This document shows positions 31,214-38,704 of a stretch of DNA of 64,000 nt, one piece after another; position 1 is the stretch's first letter, and the number at the start of each line of letters is the position of its first letter. The translations under genes and the position numbers were made by a program. The stretch is from a virus (Duplodnaviria; Heunggongvirae; Uroviricota; Caudoviricetes). The notes under the pieces are model-generated. The model saw nothing but the letters and a program-made list of their open reading frames with translations. It was not told the origin of the DNA and ran no database searches. The stretch covers positions 256,001-320,000 of the IMG/VR virus record IMGVR_UViG_3300010049_000009, one strand, 5' to 3'.

Positions 31214-31236
31214 GGGGTATAATTGCGGATAATCAT
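31214..31236 (-). repeat. 23-bp motif copy 2 (rc ATGATTATCCGCAATTATACCCC)
   Basis: GGGGTATAATTGCGGATAATCAT on the + strand. Confidence 0.9.
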
Positions 31237-31244
31237 ATTTTTTT

Positions 31245-31253
31245 CTATTTATA
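31245..31253 (+). promoter_or_regulatory. putative late promoter CTATTTATA
   Basis: Upstream of the ATG at 31260. Confidence 0.6.
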
Positions 31254-31259
31254 TGTATT

Positions 31260-32090
31260 ATGAATATGATAGAACAAAATTTTCTTGTGGAAAGTAGTAA
31301 TAATTATTTAGATAAATTCCAATTCATATTAGGATATAATCCCGCAAAGGGTGGGCAACTTAACGAATCATACCATAGTGAATACCGTGGTTATACTAAC
31401 GTGGGGTTTGTTAAAGACGGTAATCAGTGGACAGCAAAGGGTGGTGATGCATATTTGTTTGTTAATCCCGATCTTCCCGAACACGTGCGTTTTAAGTTCT
31501 TAACAGATAAAGACCTTAATGCTAATTATATTAGTCAACTACCAATATCATTATCGTCAGCTCGTGTAACATTATATCCCGAATATGTGGGAACAATTTA
31601 TGACGAATTAATTAATGGAAAACCAAAAACCGAAGAGGATAAAGAAGCGGATTTGGTTAAACATAAAGAGTTCATGGCAAAATTGAATATCCAAAAAGGG
31701 AGGGTGGTTTTACTACACACTTCCCCACATAGAATTACAGACGGATACATTAAATCAGGTATAAAAAATAATTGGACACCAAACAACGCACAAGGTGGAA
31801 TATTCTTTTGGGCAACCAAAGAACGAGGAATTGATGCAAGCGGTGGTAATTACCATTACTATTGTGCTCTTCCTATTGGCGAAGTATATGATGGTAAAAA
31901 CAACCCGGAAGATTTTAAAGACGATTATGAAGCATTGGAAAAAGGATACAAAGTAATTGTTAATGAATGGAAACAAGGTGGTGTAAGCGGCGGATTTGCT
32001 GCGTATGGATTCACCAAAATACCAATTCCAATAACAATTATCAAATACGAAGGGAAACTATACGATTCCGAATGGAATGAAAAAAAATAA
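31260..32090 (+). CDS. probable head-packaged protein, possible ADP-ribosyltransferase-like C-domain
   Basis: Leader YLDKFQFILGY...QLNES; C-domain LLHTS...GGIFFWA...Y. Confidence 0.4.
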   Translation: MNMIEQNFLVESSNNYLDKFQFILGYNPAKGGQLNESYHSEYRGYTNVGFVKDGNQWTAKGGDAYLFVNPDLPEHVRFKFLTDKDLNANYISQLPISLSSARVTLYPEYVGTIYDELINGKPKTEEDKEADLVKHKEFMAKLNIQKGRVVLLHTSPHRITDGYIKSGIKNNWTPNNAQGGIFFWATKERGIDASGGNYHYYCALPIGEVYDGKNNPEDFKDDYEALEKGYKVIVNEWKQGGVSGGFAAYGFTKIPIPITIIKYEGKLYDSEWNEKK

Positions 32091-32153
32091 AATCATTTGT
32101 TATTTTTATAAATAATATGTATTTTTTGGATGAAATTTTAAACATAATCCAAA

Positions 32154-32606
32154 ATGACATTTTTAACAGCATGTGAAATTAGAAACGCCTATCCCGAAGG
32201 GATTGAAATATCGGCGTATGGTGTGGACACATACAGTGGTATGAGAAAGTATGGGGCTATGATGTATATGTTAAAAGACGGTTTCATACATAAAACATTG
32301 TTGGAACTCAGTGCTGATTTTAAAACACCTGAGGAAGCGGAAGAATTTTTACATAAAGAAGCGCAGGAGGTTGTCGAATTTGTAAATAAGAAATTAAACA
32401 ATGAATTACCCAAAGAAGAACCACCCACTAAAAAAACCTTTGTGGTTATGATGGAAGATAGTGGACCCGGTTCATTGGGAAAACCCGCAAGAGTTTATGA
32501 AGATGAAGAAGAAGCAGAAACCTATGCAAAGGAAATGGATGAAATAGATAATACATATTCTTATTGGGTTGAAGAATGTTTTTTTATTGCAAAAACAAAT
32601 GATTAA
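32154..32606 (+). CDS. hypothetical protein
   Basis: 150-aa acidic ORF. Confidence 0.7.
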   Translation: MTFLTACEIRNAYPEGIEISAYGVDTYSGMRKYGAMMYMLKDGFIHKTLLELSADFKTPEEAEEFLHKEAQEVVEFVNKKLNNELPKEEPPTKKTFVVMMEDSGPGSLGKPARVYEDEEEAETYAKEMDEIDNTYSYWVEECFFIAKTND

Positions 32607-32823
32607 AAAAGATTTTCCAACCGTAAAAGAGGTTATTTCTGAATTAGAACTGTATAACCCCGAAGCGCACGTTTGTTCCATTGCGTTCAAAAGGCGGTGG
32701 GGTTTCACCGTTGATTACGGTGGTTTTGTTGACGTAAAATGTTCAGACGATATTACTAAAAAAAATTGTACTATGGTCTATTTGAATATAGATGATTTGA
32801 ATGATATGAAACTAAAAGAATAA
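32599..32823 (+). CDS. hypothetical protein
   Basis: PTVKEVISELELYNPEA.V motif; ATG at 32599. Confidence 0.6.
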   Translation: MIKKDFPTVKEVISELELYNPEAHVCSIAFKRRWGFTVDYGGFVDVKCSDDITKKNCTMVYLNIDDLNDMKLKE

Positions 32824-33017
32824 CAAATAGAAAAAAGTTCTACATATTTTGGCAATAAATGAAAAAAGTGCCAAAATATAGTGGTAACTATTTGAAAAGT
32901 CTTTTTGAAAATTAATTTATTTATAGTAAGTTTATAAATAAATGATTGTTCCATGAGCCAAATTGAACTTGAAACAATCGTTTTTTGACAACATAAAGGT
33001 AAAAATTAGAAATATGA

Positions 33018-33713
33018 ATGTTAAAAAATGATATTTATGGAGACGGGTACAGTGAATATGTTAAATCCATTTCAAAGTTTAAACCCCTATCTATCGAAGA
33101 AGAGAAAGAAAACCTTCTTCTATATAAAACAACGGGTGATGAAAAATATCGCAACCGTATTTTAGAAGCAAATCTAAAATATGTTGTTAAGGTGGCAAAC
33201 CAATATAAACAATATGGTATTCCAATCATTCAACTTATATCAGAGGGGAATGAGGGATTACTTTACGCTATTGATAAATTTGATTACGAAAAAGCAAATG
33301 TTAAAATAATTTCCTATGCAACACATTGGATTAGATATAGAATTAGTTCCGCTGTAACAGAAATAACAAAACAAAATGTGGAATTTAAGGAAGGTTATGA
33401 ACAAACAAAAAAGTTTTCAACCGAAACAGAATACACAAATTATTATCAATCCCACCCACTATTAGATAACGAACCCGATAGAACCGACAATAATATTAAA
33501 ATAACAGAACAATTAACTGCGTGTTTAAGCGACAGAGAATTAAATGTTATTAAAAAATTATTCGGAATTGATACCGAAGAAAAAACTATAAAAGAAATAT
33601 CACACGAAATGGCGTTATCACAAGAACGTGTTTCTCAACTTCGTGATAAAGCGATTCTCAAAATGCAATCAGCGGCATTGGTTAATAACATCAATTATTA
33701 TAGCGAATATTGA
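33018..33713 (+). CDS. RNA polymerase sigma70-family factor (sigma-3)
   Basis: ILEANLKYVVKVANQY, LISEGNEGL, SYATHWIR, LSDRE...LSQERVSQLRDKAI. Confidence 0.92.
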   Translation: MLKNDIYGDGYSEYVKSISKFKPLSIEEEKENLLLYKTTGDEKYRNRILEANLKYVVKVANQYKQYGIPIIQLISEGNEGLLYAIDKFDYEKANVKIISYATHWIRYRISSAVTEITKQNVEFKEGYEQTKKFSTETEYTNYYQSHPLLDNEPDRTDNNIKITEQLTACLSDRELNVIKKLFGIDTEEKTIKEISHEMALSQERVSQLRDKAILKMQSAALVNNINYYSEY

Positions 33714-33721
33714 GAGAAAAA

Positions 33722-33730
33722 CTATTTATA
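33722..33730 (+). promoter_or_regulatory. putative late promoter CTATTTATA
   Basis: Upstream of the ATG at 33744 (operon with GH19). Confidence 0.6.
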
Positions 33731-33743
33731 AGAAAATAAAATA

Positions 33744-34328
33744 ATGACACATCAACAGGAAAAAGCGTTTAACTATATTTATACGGTTGCTGACGGATAT
33801 AGAAGGGTATTACCACTTTTAAACGTAATAGATAACCCCAAATTACACCATTATAACAAATTCTATAAAGATATTAGAAGCACCGAAACAATGATAGGTG
33901 GTATCAATTGGAATGGTTGGAATGAAATAGATAAGTTGGTTTCACTTTTTCCAAATGAAATAGACGCACTAGGAAGATCATGGGATTTTAGAGATATTAA
34001 ACATTTAGTCTTCACAGCATATAAAACTATATGGGAAAATAATAACCCCAACTTCGATATACAAACTTATCCCGCCGACTTTAACATAGATATTCAAATG
34101 TTTGATGCTTATTTATTATCCCCCAATTGCTTTACAAGTGTGCGTAACATAATAGTAGGTGGAAATTATCATAATGATATGCGGCGATACAATAATATCG
34201 TTAGAGACGCTAAAATAGCGTACATAAGAAAAATAGAGTTACCCGAATGGAATAGACAAGATTCCACTTCCAAAACAACACTGAAAGAAAAGTGGTACAG
34301 TAGAATAAAAATGATTGAACAACTATAA
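33744..34328 (+). CDS. hypothetical protein
   Basis: 194-aa ORF preceding the GH19 gene. Confidence 0.7.
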   Translation: MTHQQEKAFNYIYTVADGYRRVLPLLNVIDNPKLHHYNKFYKDIRSTETMIGGINWNGWNEIDKLVSLFPNEIDALGRSWDFRDIKHLVFTAYKTIWENNNPNFDIQTYPADFNIDIQMFDAYLLSPNCFTSVRNIIVGGNYHNDMRRYNNIVRDAKIAYIRKIELPEWNRQDSTSKTTLKEKWYSRIKMIEQL

Positions 34329-34332
34329 TATT

Positions 34333-35097
34333 ATGATACTGACATCCGAAATTATGAGAAATATCATTGGGAATGGTAACGCTGAACCATATATAACACA
34401 TTTGAACACTTACATGGGGCAGTTTGATATTAATACCCTTCCAAGAATATGTTTTTTTCTTGCAATTGCTTGTGGGGAAACAGGTGGTTTTCGTTCAATA
34501 ACAGAAAACATGAATTACACAAGTGCTGATAGAATAAGACAGGTTTTTGGTGCAAGTAGATTTCAGAATGTGAATATGGAAGATTTTATTAGAAATGAAA
34601 GAGCACTCGCTAATAAAGTATATGGTGGAAAATATGGAAATGGATCAACCAATGATGATGGATATATCTACCGCGGTGGTGGGATATTTCAATTAACATT
34701 TAAAGAAAATTATCAAAGATTTTCACGTTCTTCCGGTATCCCTATTGAAAATTTAACAAATCCTAATCACGATGATTATATTCGCAAACCACGCGGTGCT
34801 GTCCGCTCTGCTTGTCATTACGCAAAAGATAGAAGGTTATTAGAAGAAGCAGATAAAAACACACCCGAAAGTTTTATCGCTGCGTGTAGAAAGGTGGGGA
34901 ATTGTCCTGACGGTGATAATTACAAAAAGAAACGCGATTATTGGGCAAAATGTAAGGCACATATCGGCGGTGACGGTGTGGTAGAACACAACACACAAAG
35001 TAGTTGGCGCAACACGGGGATTGCACACCTTCATGCATTTGACGGATTGAATGTATATTTACAAGCACAACAACAAAAAGCATCAGTTGTCAAATAA
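34333..35097 (+). CDS. glycoside hydrolase family 19 lysozyme/endolysin
   Basis: FLA...ETGGF...ENMNY, LANKVYG...GN...DGYIYRG.G.FQLT.KENY. Confidence 0.85.
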   Translation: MILTSEIMRNIIGNGNAEPYITHLNTYMGQFDINTLPRICFFLAIACGETGGFRSITENMNYTSADRIRQVFGASRFQNVNMEDFIRNERALANKVYGGKYGNGSTNDDGYIYRGGGIFQLTFKENYQRFSRSSGIPIENLTNPNHDDYIRKPRGAVRSACHYAKDRRLLEEADKNTPESFIAACRKVGNCPDGDNYKKKRDYWAKCKAHIGGDGVVEHNTQSSWRNTGIAHLHAFDGLNVYLQAQQQKASVVK

Positions 35098-35105
35098 TAT
35101 TTAAA

Positions 35106-35127
35106 ATGATTATCCGCAATTATACCC
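35106..35127 (+). repeat. motif copy 3 ATGATTATCCGCAATTATACCC
   Basis: Identical to the rc of copy 2 over 22 nt. Confidence 0.9.
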
Positions 35128-35157
35128 TTAATGGGTATCCAAGTGATAAAGATTTTA

Positions 35158-35180
35158 ATGATTATCCGTAATAATACCCC
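35158..35180 (+). repeat. motif copy 4 ATGATTATCCGTAATAATACCCC
   Basis: One mismatch to copy 1. Confidence 0.88.
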
Positions 35181-35185
35181 CCCAC

Positions 35186-35788
35186 TTATTTTATCAAAAA
35201 TCGTTTATTTTTGACACCTTCTATGAACTTTTCTTTTGTTATTGAATAAGAATGGTTTGATTTATCTACAAATTTTGCCCTTGTTCTATCTTCATTCAAA
35301 CCAATATATTTCAAGTTTAAATTGCGACCTGTTTCAAATAACATATCACCAACTTTTATTTTTTTAGATTCGCCTGCCACACAATATCTTTCTTGCCTGG
35401 CGTATTGTTCTTCCCCAAATTCATGTTTATAAATTTCATTTTGTCGTTCTATAGCTTCATCTTCCCATAGTTTGCGTTTATATAGAAATTCTATTATTTT
35501 TTCGATTTTTTCATGATCATATTTACACAAATCATAATTGTATCCATATTTATTATAATCATAATCTTCTTCTAATTCAGGAAATTTTTCTATTAATATA
35601 TGATGTAATGCTTCTACTTTGACTATAAGCCATTCTAAACCATCATCTAACCTAAACCAATGATTATTATATTCATCTTTTGGTGGGTCTGGGTAGTCAA
35701 TAGAGTCTTCATAATCATTAAATTCATTCAAGTTTCTTTTGACCACCTCTTCAATAATGCTACGTAATTGTTGTTTTGTTATTTTCAT
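35186..35788 (-). CDS. probable head-packaged hypothetical protein (cassette 2 cargo)
   Basis: Leader MKITKQQLRSIIEEVVKRNLNE; late promoter upstream. Confidence 0.65.
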   Translation of the reverse strand: MKITKQQLRSIIEEVVKRNLNEFNDYEDSIDYPDPPKDEYNNHWFRLDDGLEWLIVKVEALHHILIEKFPELEEDYDYNKYGYNYDLCKYDHEKIEKIIEFLYKRKLWEDEAIERQNEIYKHEFGEEQYARQERYCVAGESKKIKVGDMLFETGRNLNLKYIGLNEDRTRAKFVDKSNHSYSITKEKFIEGVKNKRFLIK

Positions 35789-35805
35789 ATTATATTAGAT
35801 TTTAA

Positions 35806-35814
35806 TATAAATAG
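35806..35814 (-). promoter_or_regulatory. putative late promoter CTATTTATA
   Basis: TATAAATAG on the + strand, inside cassette 2. Confidence 0.6.
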
Positions 35815-35833
35815 ATATACAAGTGAAAAATTC

Positions 35834-35856
35834 GGGGTACTATTGCGGATTATCAT
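35834..35856 (-). repeat. motif copy 5 (rc ATGATAATCCGCAATAGTACCCC-GAA)
   Basis: TTCGGGGTACTATTGCGGATTATCAT on the + strand. Confidence 0.88.
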
Positions 35857-35895
35857 TTAATATTTGTATATTTATTACAAATAAAATCCAATAAT

Positions 35896-36093
35896 ATGAT
35901 ACAAATAGTTCAACAACGGGAGTATATTGATAACTTCCTTAAATTTGTCAGCACATTTTTAATAAAAGAAGCGGCAACAATAGAAGAAATGGATTTGGTG
36001 GAATCAAACACCAAAATTCTAATGGATAGAATAAAAGAATATAAACGTAATACCCCGATAGGTGGTGTAAGAATAGGTTGTAGCGATGACTAA
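35896..36093 (+). CDS. hypothetical protein
   Basis: 65-aa ORF. Confidence 0.55.
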   Translation: MIQIVQQREYIDNFLKFVSTFLIKEAATIEEMDLVESNTKILMDRIKEYKRNTPIGGVRIGCSDD

Positions 36094-36592
36094 AATATAT
36101 TTTGTAAAAAATTATGGTGGGCAGTGGGAAGACGCTTACGAAACCCTTGTGGGTATTTATTCCAATAAAAAAAATGCGTTAGACGTTGCCGAAAATGAGT
36201 GGAATAAACGATATAATTGGAAAAATATTATTCCAATACCATTTGACGTATATACCAATGCCATTGAAGAAGAATTGTTTGAACTTAATCATGAAGATTG
36301 TGTTTATGATGACGATATTATCTTTAAAGATATGTTCGGATATACAAAAGAACAATGGATAACAACACATAATATTGTTATAGAAAATCAATATTCGGAA
36401 TATTCTCACACGTGCGCATATGAAGCAATATTATTAGAAGATAATACAACATATTATGATGAATGTAATTATAATATTCACCCACACGATAATAATTTAG
36501 GACATCCGGCTTTAAGAGAAATCTTTCATTCGGGGACTAAAATTCGACCCACACGACAAGTTTATAGTATTCCACTATTAGATGAAGAATAA
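36086..36592 (+). CDS. hypothetical protein
   Basis: IYFV...GGQWEDAYETLVGIYS..K.A, a common phage motif. Confidence 0.7.
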   Translation: MTKIYFVKNYGGQWEDAYETLVGIYSNKKNALDVAENEWNKRYNWKNIIPIPFDVYTNAIEEELFELNHEDCVYDDDIIFKDMFGYTKEQWITTHNIVIENQYSEYSHTCAYEAILLEDNTTYYDECNYNIHPHDNNLGHPALREIFHSGTKIRPTRQVYSIPLLDEE

Positions 36593-36830
36593 AATGATAG
36601 AAGATTTGAAAAACAAAGTAATGAAGTGGGTTTATCCACCAAAGTATTGTAGTGATTGTGTGTTTTGTCAACACGTAAGAAAATTGGAAACAAAACCACC
36701 TGAATTGAGATTTAACTATATCTATTGTTCATTGTTAAAATCTGAACCACCACAAATAAACTTTACACTATCACTACTTAGTGGTATTCTAATCAGTAAA
36801 TGTTATCACTTTGAACTGAAAACAGAATAA
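36582..36830 (+). CDS. Cys-rich hypothetical protein
   Basis: CSDCVFC...C...C. Confidence 0.6.
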   Translation: MKNKMIEDLKNKVMKWVYPPKYCSDCVFCQHVRKLETKPPELRFNYIYCSLLKSEPPQINFTLSLLSGILISKCYHFELKTE

Positions 36831-36832
36831 AA

Positions 36833-36854
36833 AAAACCACTCAATGGTGGTTTT
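36833..36854. terminator. bidirectional terminator-like hairpin
   Basis: AAAACCAC-TCAATG-GTGGTTTT between convergent genes. Confidence 0.55.
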
Positions 36855-37137
36855 CTTCTTCGTTTTCACTTTCGTCTTTAATTAAGTCAAACGGAATACC
36901 GTCTTTATTGAGGCAATATTTGTCTCTCGACATTTTTAGTTTCGCCTGATAAATCAAATATCCTGTAATATTTCCTATCATAGTTCCGATAACCCCAAGA
37001 GTTACACCCTCATTTGGGTTTTTATCAAATGTTGCTAACACATAAGAATATGTTACCAACAACATTCCCCAAAAAAGAACTATGTTCAGTACTACCTTAC
37101 TGTATTCCCTTTTCTTTTTTTCAACTTTTTGTGGCAT
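36841..37137 (-). CDS. putative holin
   Basis: Two TM helices and a charged C-tail, directly after the amidase. Confidence 0.55.
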   Translation of the reverse strand: MPQKVEKKKREYSKVVLNIVLFWGMLLVTYSYVLATFDKNPNEGVTLGVIGTMIGNITGYLIYQAKLKMSRDKYCLNKDGIPFDLIKDESENEEENHH

Positions 37138-37147
37138 AATAATATAA

Positions 37148-37750
37148 TTATTTCATTTCAAGAATTTTAAGAATACCATCAACGTGTAGTTTCACAATTG
37201 CGTCTTTGCCTGCGGCGGACAACAAATATTTACAATCACTTTCGGTAGTCATAAATAGGTTTTCTGTTAGTACTGCCGGACACGCTGTTTTAGTCAATAT
37301 TGTAAAATTGCTATCCCAACATTTGTTTCCGTCTCTAAAATCACCCCTCATTTTCGTTCCTTTCGGTAAAACTTTTTGTGCTTCAAACCATAAAACGTTA
37401 GCATAAGGTTCAGCTCTTGTTATTCCGGGTGAAGTGTGTACTTCCCAACCACTTGCTTTAACATTAAGTGCGGCGTTACAATGGATTGAAACAAGTAAGG
37501 TGTTATTTACACCAACTCTTCTTGCAATAACATTTGCTCTATTACAACGTTCAGTAAGTGTTATGTCTCTTTCTTCGGTTACAATTATTTCTACATCCAC
37601 ACCCTTTGCTTTCAATTCGTCAAATACTCTTTTTGTAATTTCACGATTGTATGACCACTCCAATAGTTGAGTTCCGTCTTTCCACACAGGGGAACGTTTT
37701 CCCGGTGTTTCTCTTCCATGACCGGGATCTAATAATACTTTTTTAATCAT
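37148..37750 (-). CDS. N-acetylmuramoyl-L-alanine amidase (Amidase_3)
   Basis: LDPGHG...E, LVSIHCNA, PAVLTENLFM. Confidence 0.93.
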   Translation of the reverse strand: MIKKVLLDPGHGRETPGKRSPVWKDGTQLLEWSYNREITKRVFDELKAKGVDVEIIVTEERDITLTERCNRANVIARRVGVNNTLLVSIHCNAALNVKASGWEVHTSPGITRAEPYANVLWFEAQKVLPKGTKMRGDFRDGNKCWDSNFTILTKTACPAVLTENLFMTTESDCKYLLSAAGKDAIVKLHVDGILKILEMK

Positions 37751-37779
37751 AATTTGTGTATTTTATTTTTTGTTATTTT

Positions 37780-38619
37780 TTAACTTTGTAAAGGGTTAAA
37801 CATTTTTGATTTTAATGATTTTCCACCGCCGCTTCCAATATCATGTGAAACTGTTGGAACACTTTGTTTCTTGGTGTCGTTTAGATAATCACTAATCATT
37901 TCATCTAAATTAATTTTTCTACTTTCCGTTTGTGGTGGCGGTGCAGCATTTGGGTCTTCTTCCATAGGTATTTCACCACCTTCCATACCGGGGTCCATTG
38001 CCATATTCGGGTCTTCTTCCATTCCACCCATATCATCCATACCTTCATCACCACCTTTTGCTTTAAGGACTCCTTCGGCATATTTTTTCACCGCCTCTAT
38101 TGTTTCAGGGTCAGCTGATTGTAATATTCCCATTAATGCGCTTATGTTGGGGTCTTCTTCACCACCCTCCATACCGGGGTCCATTGCCATATTCGGGTCC
38201 TCTTCCATTCCCATATTTGGGTCTTCCATTGGCATTTCTTCACCACCTTCCATACCGGGGTCCATTGCCATATTCGGGTCTTCTTCCATTGGTGGTTCTT
38301 GTGAAGGAACAACAATAACATCTCTTTCTGTTAGCAAATTCATAACATTTACAGATTCACCCAATCTACCCTTGGTCGTCATCATTGAATAGTTAAACCC
38401 ACGACTACCACCAAGTGCTTGATCCATCCAATACTGATTTCTCACAGTCGTTGGTTCAATTGGTGATTTGGTTCCCGAACTGTCGCCCTCAACCTTACCA
38501 ACAGTTGAAGTACCACCTTCTGACGAATCACAATGAGTTTTGTAAGGATTATCAACATCTAAATATTCATATTCATCACCCTCATTCAATTTTAATGCTA
38601 TTTTAATAGGATTATTCAT
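37780..38619 (-). CDS. acidic repeat-containing head/scaffold-like protein
   Basis: LKLNE leader; three EEDPNMAMDPGMEGG repeats. Confidence 0.55.
   Translation of the reverse strand: MNNPIKIALKLNEGDEYEYLDVDNPYKTHCDSSEGGTSTVGKVEGDSSGTKSPIEPTTVRNQYWMDQALGGSRGFNYSMMTTKGRLGESVNVMNLLTERDVIVVPSQEPPMEEDPNMAMDPGMEGGEEMPMEDPNMGMEEDPNMAMDPGMEGGEEDPNISALMGILQSADPETIEAVKKYAEGVLKAKGGDEGMDDMGGMEEDPNMAMDPGMEGGEIPMEEDPNAAPPPQTESRKINLDEMISDYLNDTKKQSVPTVSHDIGSGGGKSLKSKMFNPLQS
37972..38290. repeat. three ~52-bp intragenic direct repeats
   Basis: Copies at about 37972-38023, 38158-38209 and 38239-38290 (TTCACCACCYTCCATACCGGGGTCCATTGCCATATTCGGGTCYTCTTCCATT). Confidence 0.9.
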
Positions 38620-38632
38620 AAAATAATTTATT

Positions 38633-38641
38633 TATAAATAG
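38633..38641 (-). promoter_or_regulatory. putative late promoter CTATTTATA
   Basis: Upstream of the ATG at 38619 (scaffold-like/amidase/holin operon). Confidence 0.6.
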
Positions 38642-38648
38642 ATTTCAT

Positions 38649-38679
38649 TTTGCTTTTTATCCTATTCATTGTATATTTC
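38649..38679 (+). promoter_or_regulatory. Bacteroidota-type host promoter (TTTG-N19-TATATTTC)
   Basis: Near-consensus -33/-7 elements upstream of a small-gene cluster. Confidence 0.45.
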
Positions 38680-38704
38680 AATTGAATAATAACTTAAAAG
38701 GAAG

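Larger units (their letters stand above)
30260..31236. mobile_element. putative inverted-repeat-bounded single-gene cassette 1
   Basis: 23-bp inverted ends (22/23 identical) enclose promoters and the 30336-31196 gene. Confidence 0.5.
35106..35856. mobile_element. putative inverted-repeat-bounded single-gene cassette 2
   Basis: Motif copies at 35106 and 35158 (+) and 35834 (-) enclose a promoter and the 35186-35788 gene. Confidence 0.5.

Noticed and set aside
35106-35180. Two direct 22-23-bp repeats separated by about 30 nt, resembling a mini CRISPR array
   Set aside because: Only two tandem copies; the other three are dispersed and two are inverted; no cas genes in the window. Better explained as cassette ends.
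35095-35865. TAATATTT on both outer flanks of cassette 2 as a possible target-site duplication
   Set aside because: Off-register relative to the repeat ends, AT-rich, and no equivalent duplication at cassette 1.
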